Origin: a virus
Strand: one strand, 5' to 3'
Virus record (IMG/VR): IMGVR_UViG_3300031746_000007
Location: 1 to 64,000 of that record
Length of the DNA: 64,000 nucleotides
The notes below the pieces were generated by a model, which did no database searches, had not been told where the DNA came from, and saw only the letters and a list, made by a program, of their open reading frames with translations. Of this stretch, positions 55,838 through 63,845 are shown piece after piece. The position numbers and the translations under genes are program-made. Positions within the stretch are counted from its first letter, which is position 1, and each line of letters starts with the position of its first letter.

Positions 55838-56176
55838 TCAGTCGCAGTTGCACATCACCAGGCACCGCGCGTAGTCGATACCCGTCTCCTCGTGCAGCGT
55901 CGCAGCCGCGTCACCGGGGCGACCGATGTCACCCGGGTCACGAGCGCGGTCGGAGAGCCGGCGGAACTCGGCGTTGTAGGCATCCTCTGCGATCTCCTCT
56001 GCCATCCGCGCCTTGATCGCCGCTGCTTTGAGATCGACGAACCGGCTTTCCGCTTTCGCGGCGACTTCCATGACCTTCTTGTAGCGCGTCTCCGCGCGGT
56101 TCATCCGCGTCCACGCCTTACCCGCTTTGCGCTCCGCTCTGTTGCGGTGCGCTTCCAACCTCTCGAGCTTCGTCAT
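55838..56176 (-). CDS. coiled-coil hypothetical protein
   Basis: GAGGAGG RBS after repeat. Confidence 0.6.
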   Translation of the reverse strand: MTKLERLEAHRNRAERKAGKAWTRMNRAETRYKKVMEVAAKAESRFVDLKAAAIKARMAEEIAEDAYNAEFRRLSDRARDPGDIGRPGDAAATLHEETGIDYARCLVMCNCD

Positions 56177-56194
56177 GTTGCCTCCTCGATTGTC

Positions 56195-56230
56195 ATCGTC
56201 TCATTCTCCGTGCCGAGTGTCAAGAGAATT
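56195..56230 (-). promoter_or_regulatory. early promoter repeat 9
   Basis: TTGACA-N17-GACGAT. Confidence 0.75.
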
Positions 56231-56234
56231 CGAC

Positions 56235-56705
56235 CTACCCGCCGGTGATCTTCATCCCCTTCGACCGGCGCTTCAGATCTTCGAAGAGCTTCCGGTTCGG
56301 GTGAAGCTCCCAGAGCTTCGGCTCGTTCACCGGTCCCCAGACCATCGTGCGGCAGAGGGTTTTGCGAATCTCGTCCTTGGTGTACGTGTGGCTCTCGTGG
56401 TACTCGCCGCCGGGCGGCAGCGTCAGGTCGACGACTTTGCCGTTCCAGGTCAGCCAGGCGTGCTCGATCGGGATCCCGAGCAGGCTCGCTCCCGAGGCAT
56501 ACCCCTCGTGGTACTCGATGCCGGGCAGCTCCGTGTAGAGCATGAACCGCGCGCAGTTCTCGTAGCAGCTTTTCATCTTCGGCACGAACCCGATGCGCCG
56601 AATCTCCGCCTTGATCTCCGGCGGAAGGTGCGACCACGGCACCGGACACCAGCCGCGGGTCGAGTACAACTCGATCCGCCGGTCAGTCGTCAATCGCTTC
56701 CTCAT
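56235..56705 (-). CDS. hypothetical, papain/transglutaminase-like C-H-D pattern
   Basis: SCYENC..YHEGYA..PIEHAWL..VVDLT. Confidence 0.55.
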   Translation of the reverse strand: MRKRLTTDRRIELYSTRGWCPVPWSHLPPEIKAEIRRIGFVPKMKSCYENCARFMLYTELPGIEYHEGYASGASLLGIPIEHAWLTWNGKVVDLTLPPGGEYHESHTYTKDEIRKTLCRTMVWGPVNEPKLWELHPNRKLFEDLKRRSKGMKITGG

Positions 56706-56728
56706 CGCGCCCTCCTTCCTACGATGAG

Positions 56729-56764
56729 AGTGTCTCATTCTACCGTCCGTGTGTCAAGAGAATT
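56729..56764 (-). promoter_or_regulatory. early promoter repeat 10
   Basis: TTGACA-N17-GACACT; overlaps TAA of upstream gene. Confidence 0.75.
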
Positions 56765-57989
56765 AGGCGGCGACCGGCACCTCCTCGACCTTCCCGACCG
56801 CCTTCACCCGGGTCACCACCGTCTCGGTGATGCCGTTCCGGGTCGCGTGTTTCTTGACCGTGGCCTTCACTTTCCAGGTCTCCCCGACCTCCCCGAGCGT
56901 CCCGCCGGCGGAGGCGAACCAGACCGCCACGTTGCCCTCGGGAGTCAGGAACCGGTGGATCCGGGTCAGCCCGTACATCCCCTCGACGTCGAAGCGGTCG
57001 ATCAAGGTCAGGGTCAGGTCGAGCCGCTTGCCGGGCTCACCGAAGGCTACCGAATTCTCGAGCCGCTTGCGCTTGATCTCGTTCCCGACCTCCTTGTTGT
57101 AGGCGGAGACGATCGAGGCGGCGATCCCGCCTTCCTTGTACCCCACGTGACCGAACCGGGCGACCAGCCGCACGTTCCAGAGGTAGTCGCTCGAGGCGTT
57201 CTCGGTGAGCCCGACCGCCCACTCGGCGGCAGCCCCCGCGAGTTTCTCATCCTCGGGAGTAGGCACCGGGCGCGAACCCGGATTCTCGCGCCAGTGGCGG
57301 AGCAGGTAGCTGTCGGGGTTCAGCGTCGACCAGACCGTGTCAGCCGTCGCGGTCCGCGGAGGGTTCGAATCCCGTGCAGCCCCTCGGCTCATCCACCCGT
57401 CCCGGCGGATGATGCAAGCGGTCATGGCCAAGAAATCGGCGAGCGGGACCACGTTGTACCCACCGCGACCGCCGCCCCCGAAATCCTCGGCCTCGCGGCA
57501 GAGAGCGTCGATTTCGAAGAGCACCTCGGCCCCCGCCGCGAGAGCTTCCGGGCTCTTGTGGCCCAGGAAGTCTTTCAGGCAGGAGCGGCCGACGAGCTTG
57601 AAGGTCCCGTCGTCGTGGGCGACCACGAAGACCTCGAGCCGCGAGCGGGTCAGGCGGCAGTGGTCGCAGGCGATCGGCGCGGTCCGGTAGCCCTCGGGGA
57701 CCTCCTCACCCGGCACCGACCGGATGACGTTGCCCTCACCGAGACTGGCGACGACGGCGATGAGGCGCCACCCTTCGAACTTGGGTGCCTTGCCCTCGAC
57801 GTCGACCTCGCAGAACTTCATGCTCGGGCGTTTCTTGGTGTCCGGGTCGACCTCGCCATACTCCTTGACGAAGGGCTCCCCGACCGTCCAGGTCGGAGGC
57901 TCGACCCCGAGCTTCGTCGCGCGCTTCACCAGCTTGCCGAGCCCGGCGACCAGGCGCGAGACGTTGAATTCGGGAACCGTGACTTTCAT
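56763..57989 (-). CDS. conserved phage protein, Zn site + C-terminal OB-fold-like domain
   Basis: CDHC..VGRSCLKDF; GNVAVWFAS..VKATVKKH..TVVTRV. Confidence 0.65.
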   Translation of the reverse strand: MKVTVPEFNVSRLVAGLGKLVKRATKLGVEPPTWTVGEPFVKEYGEVDPDTKKRPSMKFCEVDVEGKAPKFEGWRLIAVVASLGEGNVIRSVPGEEVPEGYRTAPIACDHCRLTRSRLEVFVVAHDDGTFKLVGRSCLKDFLGHKSPEALAAGAEVLFEIDALCREAEDFGGGGRGGYNVVPLADFLAMTACIIRRDGWMSRGAARDSNPPRTATADTVWSTLNPDSYLLRHWRENPGSRPVPTPEDEKLAGAAAEWAVGLTENASSDYLWNVRLVARFGHVGYKEGGIAASIVSAYNKEVGNEIKRKRLENSVAFGEPGKRLDLTLTLIDRFDVEGMYGLTRIHRFLTPEGNVAVWFASAGGTLGEVGETWKVKATVKKHATRNGITETVVTRVKAVGKVEEVPVAA

Positions 57990-58007
57990 CTCCCTCACCT
58001 CAAGAGT

Positions 58008-58043
58008 ATCGTCTCATTATCCTGTACGGTTGTCAAGAGAATT
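58008..58043 (-). promoter_or_regulatory. early promoter repeat 11
   Basis: TTGACA-N17-GACGAT. Confidence 0.75.
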
Positions 58044-58054
58044 CGCAACAAAGA

Positions 58055-58252
58055 TCAACCCGCAGCCGGCTTCACCCTCGGCTCGACCACGGCAATGACT
58101 TCGAACACACCGCTCCCGCGGTCTACCGTGCGATAGATGCACATCGGGCAGTTGTGGAACTTGACGCTCTTGCGCGCCTCTCGGAGACACGCCGCCTTGC
58201 TCGTGCGCGGGTAGATCGAAGTACCGTAAAAGTACAACGCCTTGTTTTTCAT
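58055..58252 (-). CDS. hypothetical protein
   Basis: Single gene between repeats 11 and 12. Confidence 0.55.
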   Translation of the reverse strand: MKNKALYFYGTSIYPRTSKAACLREARKSVKFHNCPMCIYRTVDRGSGVFEVIAVVEPRVKPAAG

Positions 58253-58269
58253 CGCCTCACCTCAAGCTT

Positions 58270-58305
58270 AGAGTCTCATTATTCGGTACGGTTGTCAAGA
58301 GAATT
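58270..58305 (-). promoter_or_regulatory. early promoter repeat 12
   Basis: TTGACA-N17-GACTCT. Confidence 0.75.
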
Positions 58306-58311
58306 CAAACC

Positions 58312-58656
58312 TCAATCGTCGCGATCGGCCAGTCTGTGTGCGACCCGCTCCCGCAGCCACATCGGCACCTCGCTCGCGTACACCCGCAACCGCGGTGTAT
58401 TCAGCGCTCGAGCCGCGCGCATCGTGTCCCAGAACCACTCACTCGCCCACTTGCGCCCTTTGCCGTACGTGGGATCGTGCCGGTTGATGCGGTCGTGAAC
58501 CCCCTCGCGGAATTCCGCGAGCACCGTCGCACCCGTGACCGGCGCCCACCCCGTGAGCCCGTGGTCGTAGGTGCGCGCGGGGTCGACCGCTTTGACCGCG
58601 GCGACGTACGCTTTGAGCGACACCGAGTGACCATTTCCGAGTCGGATGGTTTTCAC
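58312..58656 (-). CDS. hypothetical protein
   Basis: AAGGAGG RBS, GTG start overlapping upstream stop. Confidence 0.6.
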   Translation of the reverse strand: MKTIRLGNGHSVSLKAYVAAVKAVDPARTYDHGLTGWAPVTGATVLAEFREGVHDRINRHDPTYGKGRKWASEWFWDTMRAARALNTPRLRVYASEVPMWLRERVAHRLADRDD

Positions 58657-58859
58657 GAAGCACCTCCTTTTTTTCGCAAAGAGTGCCCGACGCTCGGCTT
58701 CTCGCCGACCACCCTCACGACGCGGATGCCGGTCCATCCGTACGCATGCGTCAACTCGTCGACCCGTTTGCGAGCGTCGGCTTCCAGAGAATTGCCCCAC
58801 ACACTGTGCACCACGTTCTGCGCGTCTACGACGCAATGCCAAACACCACTCGTTCTCAT
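58653..58859 (-). CDS. hypothetical protein
   Basis: AAGGAG RBS. Confidence 0.5.
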   Translation of the reverse strand: MRTSGVWHCVVDAQNVVHSVWGNSLEADARKRVDELTHAYGWTGIRVVRVVGEKPSVGHSLRKKGGAS

Positions 58860-58909
58860 GGGTCTCCTTCACGAACGTACCCTAAAACAGCCAGACCAAT
58901 CACACCCTC

Positions 58910-59131
58910 CTAGCTGAGTGACACCGGGCGCGAATCGGTCTCGAGCATTCGGTAGTTGACCGGCTCGTCGCTCGTGAGAACGACGAAGTCCGAAGGCATG
59001 AACCATCGCATGAGCAGCTCGACTCCGGCGCGGGTCGCCTCTTCGAAGGTAGAGAACGCGCACCCGTTTGAGCACGCCGTCTCCTTCGTGCTGCCCGTAC
59101 CGCCTCCGTAAACGCCAACCTTGAACGACAT
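58910..59131 (-). CDS. conserved phage hypothetical protein
   Basis: NGCAFSTFEEA..LLMRW..DEPVNY. Confidence 0.6.
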   Translation of the reverse strand: MSFKVGVYGGGTGSTKETACSNGCAFSTFEEATRAGVELLMRWFMPSDFVVLTSDEPVNYRMLETDSRPVSLS

Positions 59132-59164
59132 CGCAGGCTCCTTTCCGTTTCTCCCCACGATCGG

Positions 59165-59199
59165 ATGGTCTCATTATCGTGTACGATTGTCAAGAAAAT
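59165..59199 (-). promoter_or_regulatory. early promoter repeat 13
   Basis: TTGACA-N17-GACCAT. Confidence 0.75.
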
Positions 59200-59236
59200 A
59201 GAGACACGAATCGACCGGGCTCGAGCGGAGCCCGCG

Positions 59237-59422
59237 CTACTTGATCGGCTTCGTCAGCTTGACCAGCCGCGCAGCCGGGCTCGAGCGCCCGGGAGGCAGC
59301 GACGCCTTCAACCGCGCCGCGCTCGTGAGCACCCTCTTGCCTTGCGCGTCGTACTCGATGAACTCCCCGGCGTCAGCCAGCGACAGCAACTCGGCGCCCT
59401 CGTCGACCTGCGGCTTCGTCAT
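59237..59422 (-). CDS. 61-aa protein coupled to GNAT gene
   Basis: ATGA overlap with GNAT stop. Confidence 0.55.
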   Translation of the reverse strand: MTKPQVDEGAELLSLADAGEFIEYDAQGKRVLTSAARLKASLPPGRSSPAARLVKLTKPIK

Positions 59423-60390
59423 AGTCCTAGCCGTCCCTTCGCCACTTCGAACCCGGGGTCGCCGTCGCGCAACGACAGCTCGCCTTGCCACGACGTGTCA
59501 CCGAGCAGGAAGTCCTTGCCGACCGGTTTGCCATCGACCTTGATCGATGCGACCTCCCACGCCCGATCGGCGTGTCGATCGGCGAGCGCCCGCGCCTCGG
59601 CCGGCGGCATCCCCGCCTGCTCGAGCACCTTCGGGAATTCCTGCCGCACCTGATCGGCGTGCTCCTTGTTCCAGTTGAACCCGAACCGCGCCCACGTGTA
59701 GCGACCGACACTCCCGGCCGCCATTGTCACCTTCGACACCCCGAGCTTGCGGTACTCCTCGAAAGCGTTGCGCGTGATCTCGGCACCGATGCCCTTGCCC
59801 TGTTGATCCTCGTCCAGAAACATCCCGACGTGGTGCACCGTCAACGCACCGGACGAATCGCGCGCGAACTGCCGCGTGATCGTGCCGACCTGTTGACCGC
59901 TCCGATCGTGCAGCGTCGCCGCCACTAGCACCGCCGGAGAATACTCCACCGTCGACCGCGGAGCCCCGAGATTCGAAAGCGCCTGATAGCGAATCGTCTC
60001 CTCGTCCAACATCTCCTCACCAGGATTGTCGGCTGCGAACTTCGCTCGCACCGTGTCCATAGCCATGCGAACCGTGCTCTCGTCGTGCGTTACGACCACG
60101 CGCTTGTCGGCACGCTCGTCGTCGACGTGGTCTATCTTCACCGCGTAGCCGGGCGGGGGGCGCATGGTCTGCCGCAACTCCGCCGGCGTGATCTTCTTCT
60201 GGAACACGCGCTCGACGTTCTCATCGAAGTGTTCTGGAAACTCCTCGGGGTTCTTCGACTCGACCGCCGCCGAGCCCTCGCCCGTCAGCTGATCCTTGAA
60301 CCCGCCTTCGCGAATCCAGAACCGCTGCGTGTGCGTCCGCCCCGACCGCGACACCTCACGCTCGACTGCGATCAAGCCTTCACGTGGCAT
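59419..60390 (-). CDS. GNAT acetyltransferase with N-terminal tag
   Basis: FLDEDQQGKGIG acetyl-CoA motif, GRYTWARFGF; TAGGTT-N6-ATG. Confidence 0.75.
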   Translation of the reverse strand: MPREGLIAVEREVSRSGRTHTQRFWIREGGFKDQLTGEGSAAVESKNPEEFPEHFDENVERVFQKKITPAELRQTMRPPPGYAVKIDHVDDERADKRVVVTHDESTVRMAMDTVRAKFAADNPGEEMLDEETIRYQALSNLGAPRSTVEYSPAVLVAATLHDRSGQQVGTITRQFARDSSGALTVHHVGMFLDEDQQGKGIGAEITRNAFEEYRKLGVSKVTMAAGSVGRYTWARFGFNWNKEHADQVRQEFPKVLEQAGMPPAEARALADRHADRAWEVASIKVDGKPVGKDFLLGDTSWQGELSLRDGDPGFEVAKGRLGL

Positions 60391-60404
60391 GCTCGCAACC
60401 TACC

Positions 60405-60698
60405 TCACTCCGACTCGATCGGCCAGAGCCCGAAGTCCCCGTCGCGCCAGCCCCAGCTCGCGCCCTCGACCGGCACGCACTGCTCGAGCAGCTCGCACGC
60501 CTCATCCTCTTCGTGAGCGTCGTCGCTCATGTCGTCTCGCAGCGCCGCCGACAGCGCGCGCACCTCGTCCTGGTGACCCGCCATCGCACAGAACGCCGCG
60601 AGCGCATCCGCGCATCGCCGGCGCGTGTGCTCGTGCCCGAGCGCCCCGTCTCCGAAACACCCGCAATCCTCTAACCCGAGCTTCGTCCACCCTGCCAT
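60405..60698 (-). CDS. hypothetical protein
   Basis: GAGGAGG RBS; WGWRDGDFGLW. Confidence 0.6.
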   Translation of the reverse strand: MAGWTKLGLEDCGCFGDGALGHEHTRRRCADALAAFCAMAGHQDEVRALSAALRDDMSDDAHEEDEACELLEQCVPVEGASWGWRDGDFGLWPIESE

Positions 60699-60708
60699 GT
60701 TGCCCTCC

Positions 60709-61002
60709 TCACAAGCATCCGTCGTCATAGTGGTCTTCGTCGAGCCCGGCCGCCTTCGACGTCTCCGGCTCCTCCGGGAAAAGCTCCGCCGCCGTGCAGC
60801 CATCCCACGTGATCTTCGCGTCGCCGTACGCGCCCACCGCGTAGCCGAACGTCGCACTGATGTCGGGGTGCGGTCCGACGTACCGGTGAGCGAACTTGCG
60901 CGCACCCTCGAGCGTCTTGAACTTGCCCCGCTTGTGGTAGTGGTCGATCGTCGTCAGCCGCACCACGATCTCCCTGCCCCCGGTCCCCTTCGTCTCGCTC
61001 AC
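60709..61002 (-). CDS. conserved phage hypothetical protein
   Basis: FKTLEGARKFAHRYVG. Confidence 0.6.
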   Translation of the reverse strand: MSETKGTGGREIVVRLTTIDHYHKRGKFKTLEGARKFAHRYVGPHPDISATFGYAVGAYGDAKITWDGCTAAELFPEEPETSKAAGLDEDHYDDGCL

Positions 61003-61003
61003 G

Positions 61004-61261
61004 TTAGACCTCCTTCCATGTCAACCTGTACTCCCAGAACCGACGCACCATCATCCCGGTCCCGCCGAACAGCCCGTGCCGATTGTGCTGATGGTCGTAC
61101 CGCTTGCCCTTGCGAGCCTCGACCCTGCCCTCGGCGACGAGCTTCCGGAGCACCTTGCGAGCCGCGACCGGGGTCAGCCCCATCGCCACCGCGACCTCCT
61201 TCGTCGGGCACCATGCCCCGGCGCCAGCAAGAAACCCGAGAGCCTTCGTTCGCGCATCCAT
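61004..61261 (-). CDS. winged-HTH-like DNA-binding protein
   Basis: TKEVAVAMGLT..ARKVLRKLVAEGRV. Confidence 0.6.
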   Translation of the reverse strand: MDARTKALGFLAGAGAWCPTKEVAVAMGLTPVAARKVLRKLVAEGRVEARKGKRYDHQHNRHGLFGGTGMMVRRFWEYRLTWKEV

Positions 61262-61278
61262 CGCCTCACCTCGAGCAT

Positions 61279-61314
61279 AGCGTCTCATTCTCCCGACCGT
61301 TTGTCAAGAGAATT
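61279..61314 (-). promoter_or_regulatory. early promoter repeat 14
   Basis: TTGACA-N17-GACGCT; overlaps TAA of upstream gene. Confidence 0.75.
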
Positions 61315-61813
61315 ATCGATCTTCGACGAGCACGAGGTCGCAGTTGTAGGAATCGAAGGAGAAGAACGGCACCCCCTCCGCCTTGGCCCGCTCGCGAGCC
61401 TCGGACCCGACCGTGTCGATCATGCTGCCGTCCTTGGCGCAGTAGACCCCGTTACCCATCCCGCAGTACGCGAAGACGCCGGCCGCGCACGGCACCGGCT
61501 TGAGAGGGGTGTTGGCGTGAATCCACCGATCCCCGTAGGGCTTCAGCATGTAGACGTCGCCCGGCTTCCACACCTTGCGCCGCGCGATCTTCGCCGCTAC
61601 CGCGTCGAGCTTGGCGAGCATCGCGGCATCGACCGGCTTCAGCTCGCGCATCGCGGTCAGCGCTTTCGAGACCGCCTCGCTCGTGGCGAGCAGCGCGGAG
61701 AGCGCCCGGTGATAGGTCGCCTCGTCGACGAACTTGTCCGAGAGGTACGTGCGCATCGTGCCCTCCTCGAGCACCGGCACCCCCTTGAGATTGAACAGCA
61801 CGCGCTCCGTCAT
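61313..61813 (-). CDS. hypothetical protein
   Basis: AAGGAGG RBS before ATG 61813. Confidence 0.6.
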   Translation of the reverse strand: MTERVLFNLKGVPVLEEGTMRTYLSDKFVDEATYHRALSALLATSEAVSKALTAMRELKPVDAAMLAKLDAVAAKIARRKVWKPGDVYMLKPYGDRWIHANTPLKPVPCAAGVFAYCGMGNGVYCAKDGSMIDTVGSEARERAKAEGVPFFSFDSYNCDLVLVEDR

Positions 61814-61836
61814 CGCACCCTCCTTTTGGTTGTCAC

Positions 61837-62172
61837 TCACGACGGGTAGAACCCGAGCACGAACCCGTTGTAGGGTTCGGCGTTCCAGCCCTCACCGCGC
61901 AGCCCGGTCGGGAACGGTCCCGGGGTCGAGTAGTTCCCCAGCTCGCCGGCGCTGATGTCGCTCCCGGCACTCACCATCGTCCACTCGAATGGGCCCTCCT
62001 CCCAACACACCGACCAGCCCGAGCCCCAGCCGCGCTCCTTCGTCTCGGCCGGCGACCAGAGCACCGCGCCCCGCGCGTCCCAGGTCTCCGTGAGCCACGT
62101 GTGGAACCTCTTCGCCGCAGCCGCCGGCGTCTTCGCCTCGAGCACCTTCGCCGCTGTCACCTTCACTGGCAT
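61837..62172 (-). CDS. conserved phage hypothetical protein
   Basis: VCWEEGPFEW..AEPYNGFVLGFY. Confidence 0.65.
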   Translation of the reverse strand: MPVKVTAAKVLEAKTPAAAAKRFHTWLTETWDARGAVLWSPAETKERGWGSGWSVCWEEGPFEWTMVSAGSDISAGELGNYSTPGPFPTGLRGEGWNAEPYNGFVLGFYPS

Positions 62173-62182
62173 CGCACCCTCC

Positions 62183-62440
62183 TCAAGCCGTCGCCGGCTT
62201 CATTGTGAGCCCCGCACACTTCCAACCGTGGTACTGAGCGGGGGTGGTCGCGATCAACTTCGTCCCGTGGCGCTTCGTGATCAGCGTCCCGTCGTGGCCG
62301 AAGAACAAGAACAAGGGCAGCGTCGCATCCTCGGCGAGCTTGCCGAACATCGACTCGTCGAGCAGCAACTCAAACGCCGCGGCAGCCTTGGCCGCCTTCA
62401 ACGCCCACATCGCCTTCATCCGCTTGGCCGTCTTCGACAT
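62183..62440 (-). CDS. hypothetical protein
   Basis: GAGGAGG RBS after repeat. Confidence 0.55.
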   Translation of the reverse strand: MSKTAKRMKAMWALKAAKAAAAFELLLDESMFGKLAEDATLPLFLFFGHDGTLITKRHGTKLIATTPAQYHGWKCAGLTMKPATA

Positions 62441-62464
62441 CCCGCACCTCCTCGCTACATGAGG

Positions 62465-62499
62465 AGTGTCTCATTCTCTGAGCCGAGTGTCAAGAGAAT
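62465..62499 (-). promoter_or_regulatory. early promoter repeat 15
   Basis: TTGACA-N17-GACACT; TGA of -35 is the upstream gene's stop. Confidence 0.75.
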
Positions 62500-62699
62500 A
62501 GTGGCGTCAGTCGGCCCGAGACGCGCACCAGAAGATTCGCCTTGTACGCGAGCGGTGTCGGCGTGCCGCAGTGCCCGTCCCACACGACATAGACCGTGTC
62601 GGCGCAGAGACTCTTGACCGTGCCGAGATTGCCGAAGTCGTGGTCGACGTCGACCGACTGCGTCACCCGATCCCCTACCAGCATGTTCGTGTTCGCCAC
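62490..62699 (-). CDS. small SH3-like hypothetical protein
   Basis: VGDRV..GTV..VYVVWD. Confidence 0.55.
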   Translation of the reverse strand: MANTNMLVGDRVTQSVDVDHDFGNLGTVKSLCADTVYVVWDGHCGTPTPLAYKANLLVRVSGRLTPLFS

Positions 62700-62709
62700 G
62701 TTGCCCTCC

Positions 62710-63222
62710 TCACTCTTCGATCCGGGCCGGCGCCTTGTTGCTGCCGCGGCACTTTCGAGTCGACGAGTACCGGGCGTAGAACCCGTACCCACCGCGGTCA
62801 GGCTCGTCGTGACTCGGGACCTTGCCGCGCTTCACCTCGAGCGCCGCGCCACAGACCTTGCAGATCCCGACCGGCGGCACCTCGGTCTCGACCGAGCCCT
62901 CGGGAGCCGGCCGCGCCGTGATGTAGAGGTAACCGTAGCTCGCGTTCGTGGAGCACGTGAACTCTACCCCGCCGATGACGACCGCTTCGACGTCAGCCCT
63001 CGAGGGTTCGAACCGGTCCTTGGCCCAGCGGATGAACTTCCGGAGCGGTCCCGCGTTCATCTTCTCGCGGAATGCCTTGCGATCCTCCTCGGTGCCGACC
63101 ATGTCCTGACGGTCCGGCAGGAGATCGACGACGAGCCCCGTGTAGATGGCGCGTGCGCCCCACAGCACCGGCGCCTCGACCCCGGCGCTCTTCAACCCGA
63201 ATGCCAACTCGCTCGACTTCAT
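62710..63222 (-). CDS. hypothetical protein
   Basis: GGAGGAG RBS; TNASYGYLYI; C-terminal CKVC..H..C. Confidence 0.6.
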   Translation of the reverse strand: MKSSELAFGLKSAGVEAPVLWGARAIYTGLVVDLLPDRQDMVGTEEDRKAFREKMNAGPLRKFIRWAKDRFEPSRADVEAVVIGGVEFTCSTNASYGYLYITARPAPEGSVETEVPPVGICKVCGAALEVKRGKVPSHDEPDRGGYGFYARYSSTRKCRGSNKAPARIEE

Positions 63223-63238
63223 TTGCTCTCCTCCTCCG

Positions 63239-63337
63239 TTAGCGAACCGTCATCGGCTTCATCGCCGTCTCATCCGGCGACGCCGGGAACAACAGACAAC
63301 CGAGCAGCAACCCCAGAACCAGAACCATCGCGCTCAT
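63239..63337 (-). CDS. 32-aa hydrophobic peptide (not in ORF track)
   Basis: GGGAGG RBS directly after repeat 16; MSAMVLVLGLLLGCLLFP.. Confidence 0.45.
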   Translation of the reverse strand: MSAMVLVLGLLLGCLLFPASPDETAMKPMTVR

Positions 63338-63358
63338 CGTGACCTCCCTTCGATTGTC

Positions 63359-63394
63359 ATCGTCTCATTCTCTCGTACGCTTGTCAAGAGAATT
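63359..63394 (-). promoter_or_regulatory. early promoter repeat 16
   Basis: TTGACA-N17-GACGAT. Confidence 0.75.
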
Positions 63395-63400
63395 CGACGG

Positions 63401-63586
63401 TCACTCCGCCGAGCCGGCGTCGACCGTGCAGCCGCACCGGGCGCACTTGACCGACCAGTAGCTCTTGACCCAGGCCATGCCGCGGAGCACCCAGGTCGTG
63501 AAGCACGTCGCCTCCGCGCAGCCGCAGCGCTCGCACTCCCCGATCTCGCAGCTCGCCTCCGTCACCCTCGTCGTTCTCTCTGGCAT
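63401..63586 (-). CDS. small zinc-ribbon protein
   Basis: CERCG..CARCG; AAGGAGG RBS. Confidence 0.55.
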   Translation of the reverse strand: MPERTTRVTEASCEIGECERCGCAEATCFTTWVLRGMAWVKSYWSVKCARCGCTVDAGSAE

Positions 63587-63597
63587 CGTGACCTCCT

Positions 63598-63834
63598 TCA
63601 CTTCTTCGTGAGCCCCAACTCGTACGCGAGATCCTCGAGAGTGTCGCCGTACTCGGTCGGCTTCCCCGGCGCTTCGGCTTTCCAGGCCCAGCGCGACTCT
63701 GGGAGACACCACTTGTGGCGCCCGACCTTGTAGACCGTGCCGTCCGGCCCGGTCGCCTCGTACTTCGGACCGTAGTCGAGACCGGGGACGAACCCCGGCA
63801 GCTTCCGAAACAGTGCCATCATCGCCTTCGTCAT
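63598..63834 (-). CDS. hypothetical protein
   Basis: GGAGG RBS. Confidence 0.55.
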   Translation of the reverse strand: MTKAMMALFRKLPGFVPGLDYGPKYEATGPDGTVYKVGRHKWCLPESRWAWKAEAPGKPTEYGDTLEDLAYELGLTKK

Positions 63835-63845
63835 CGCCGTCCCTC

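Noticed and set aside
47624-63394. Repeats as a CRISPR array or integron attC sites
   Set aside because: Spacing is 0.26-3.3 kb with whole genes between, central bases vary, no cas genes, no GTTRRRY/attC hairpin; the recombinase does not look like IntI.
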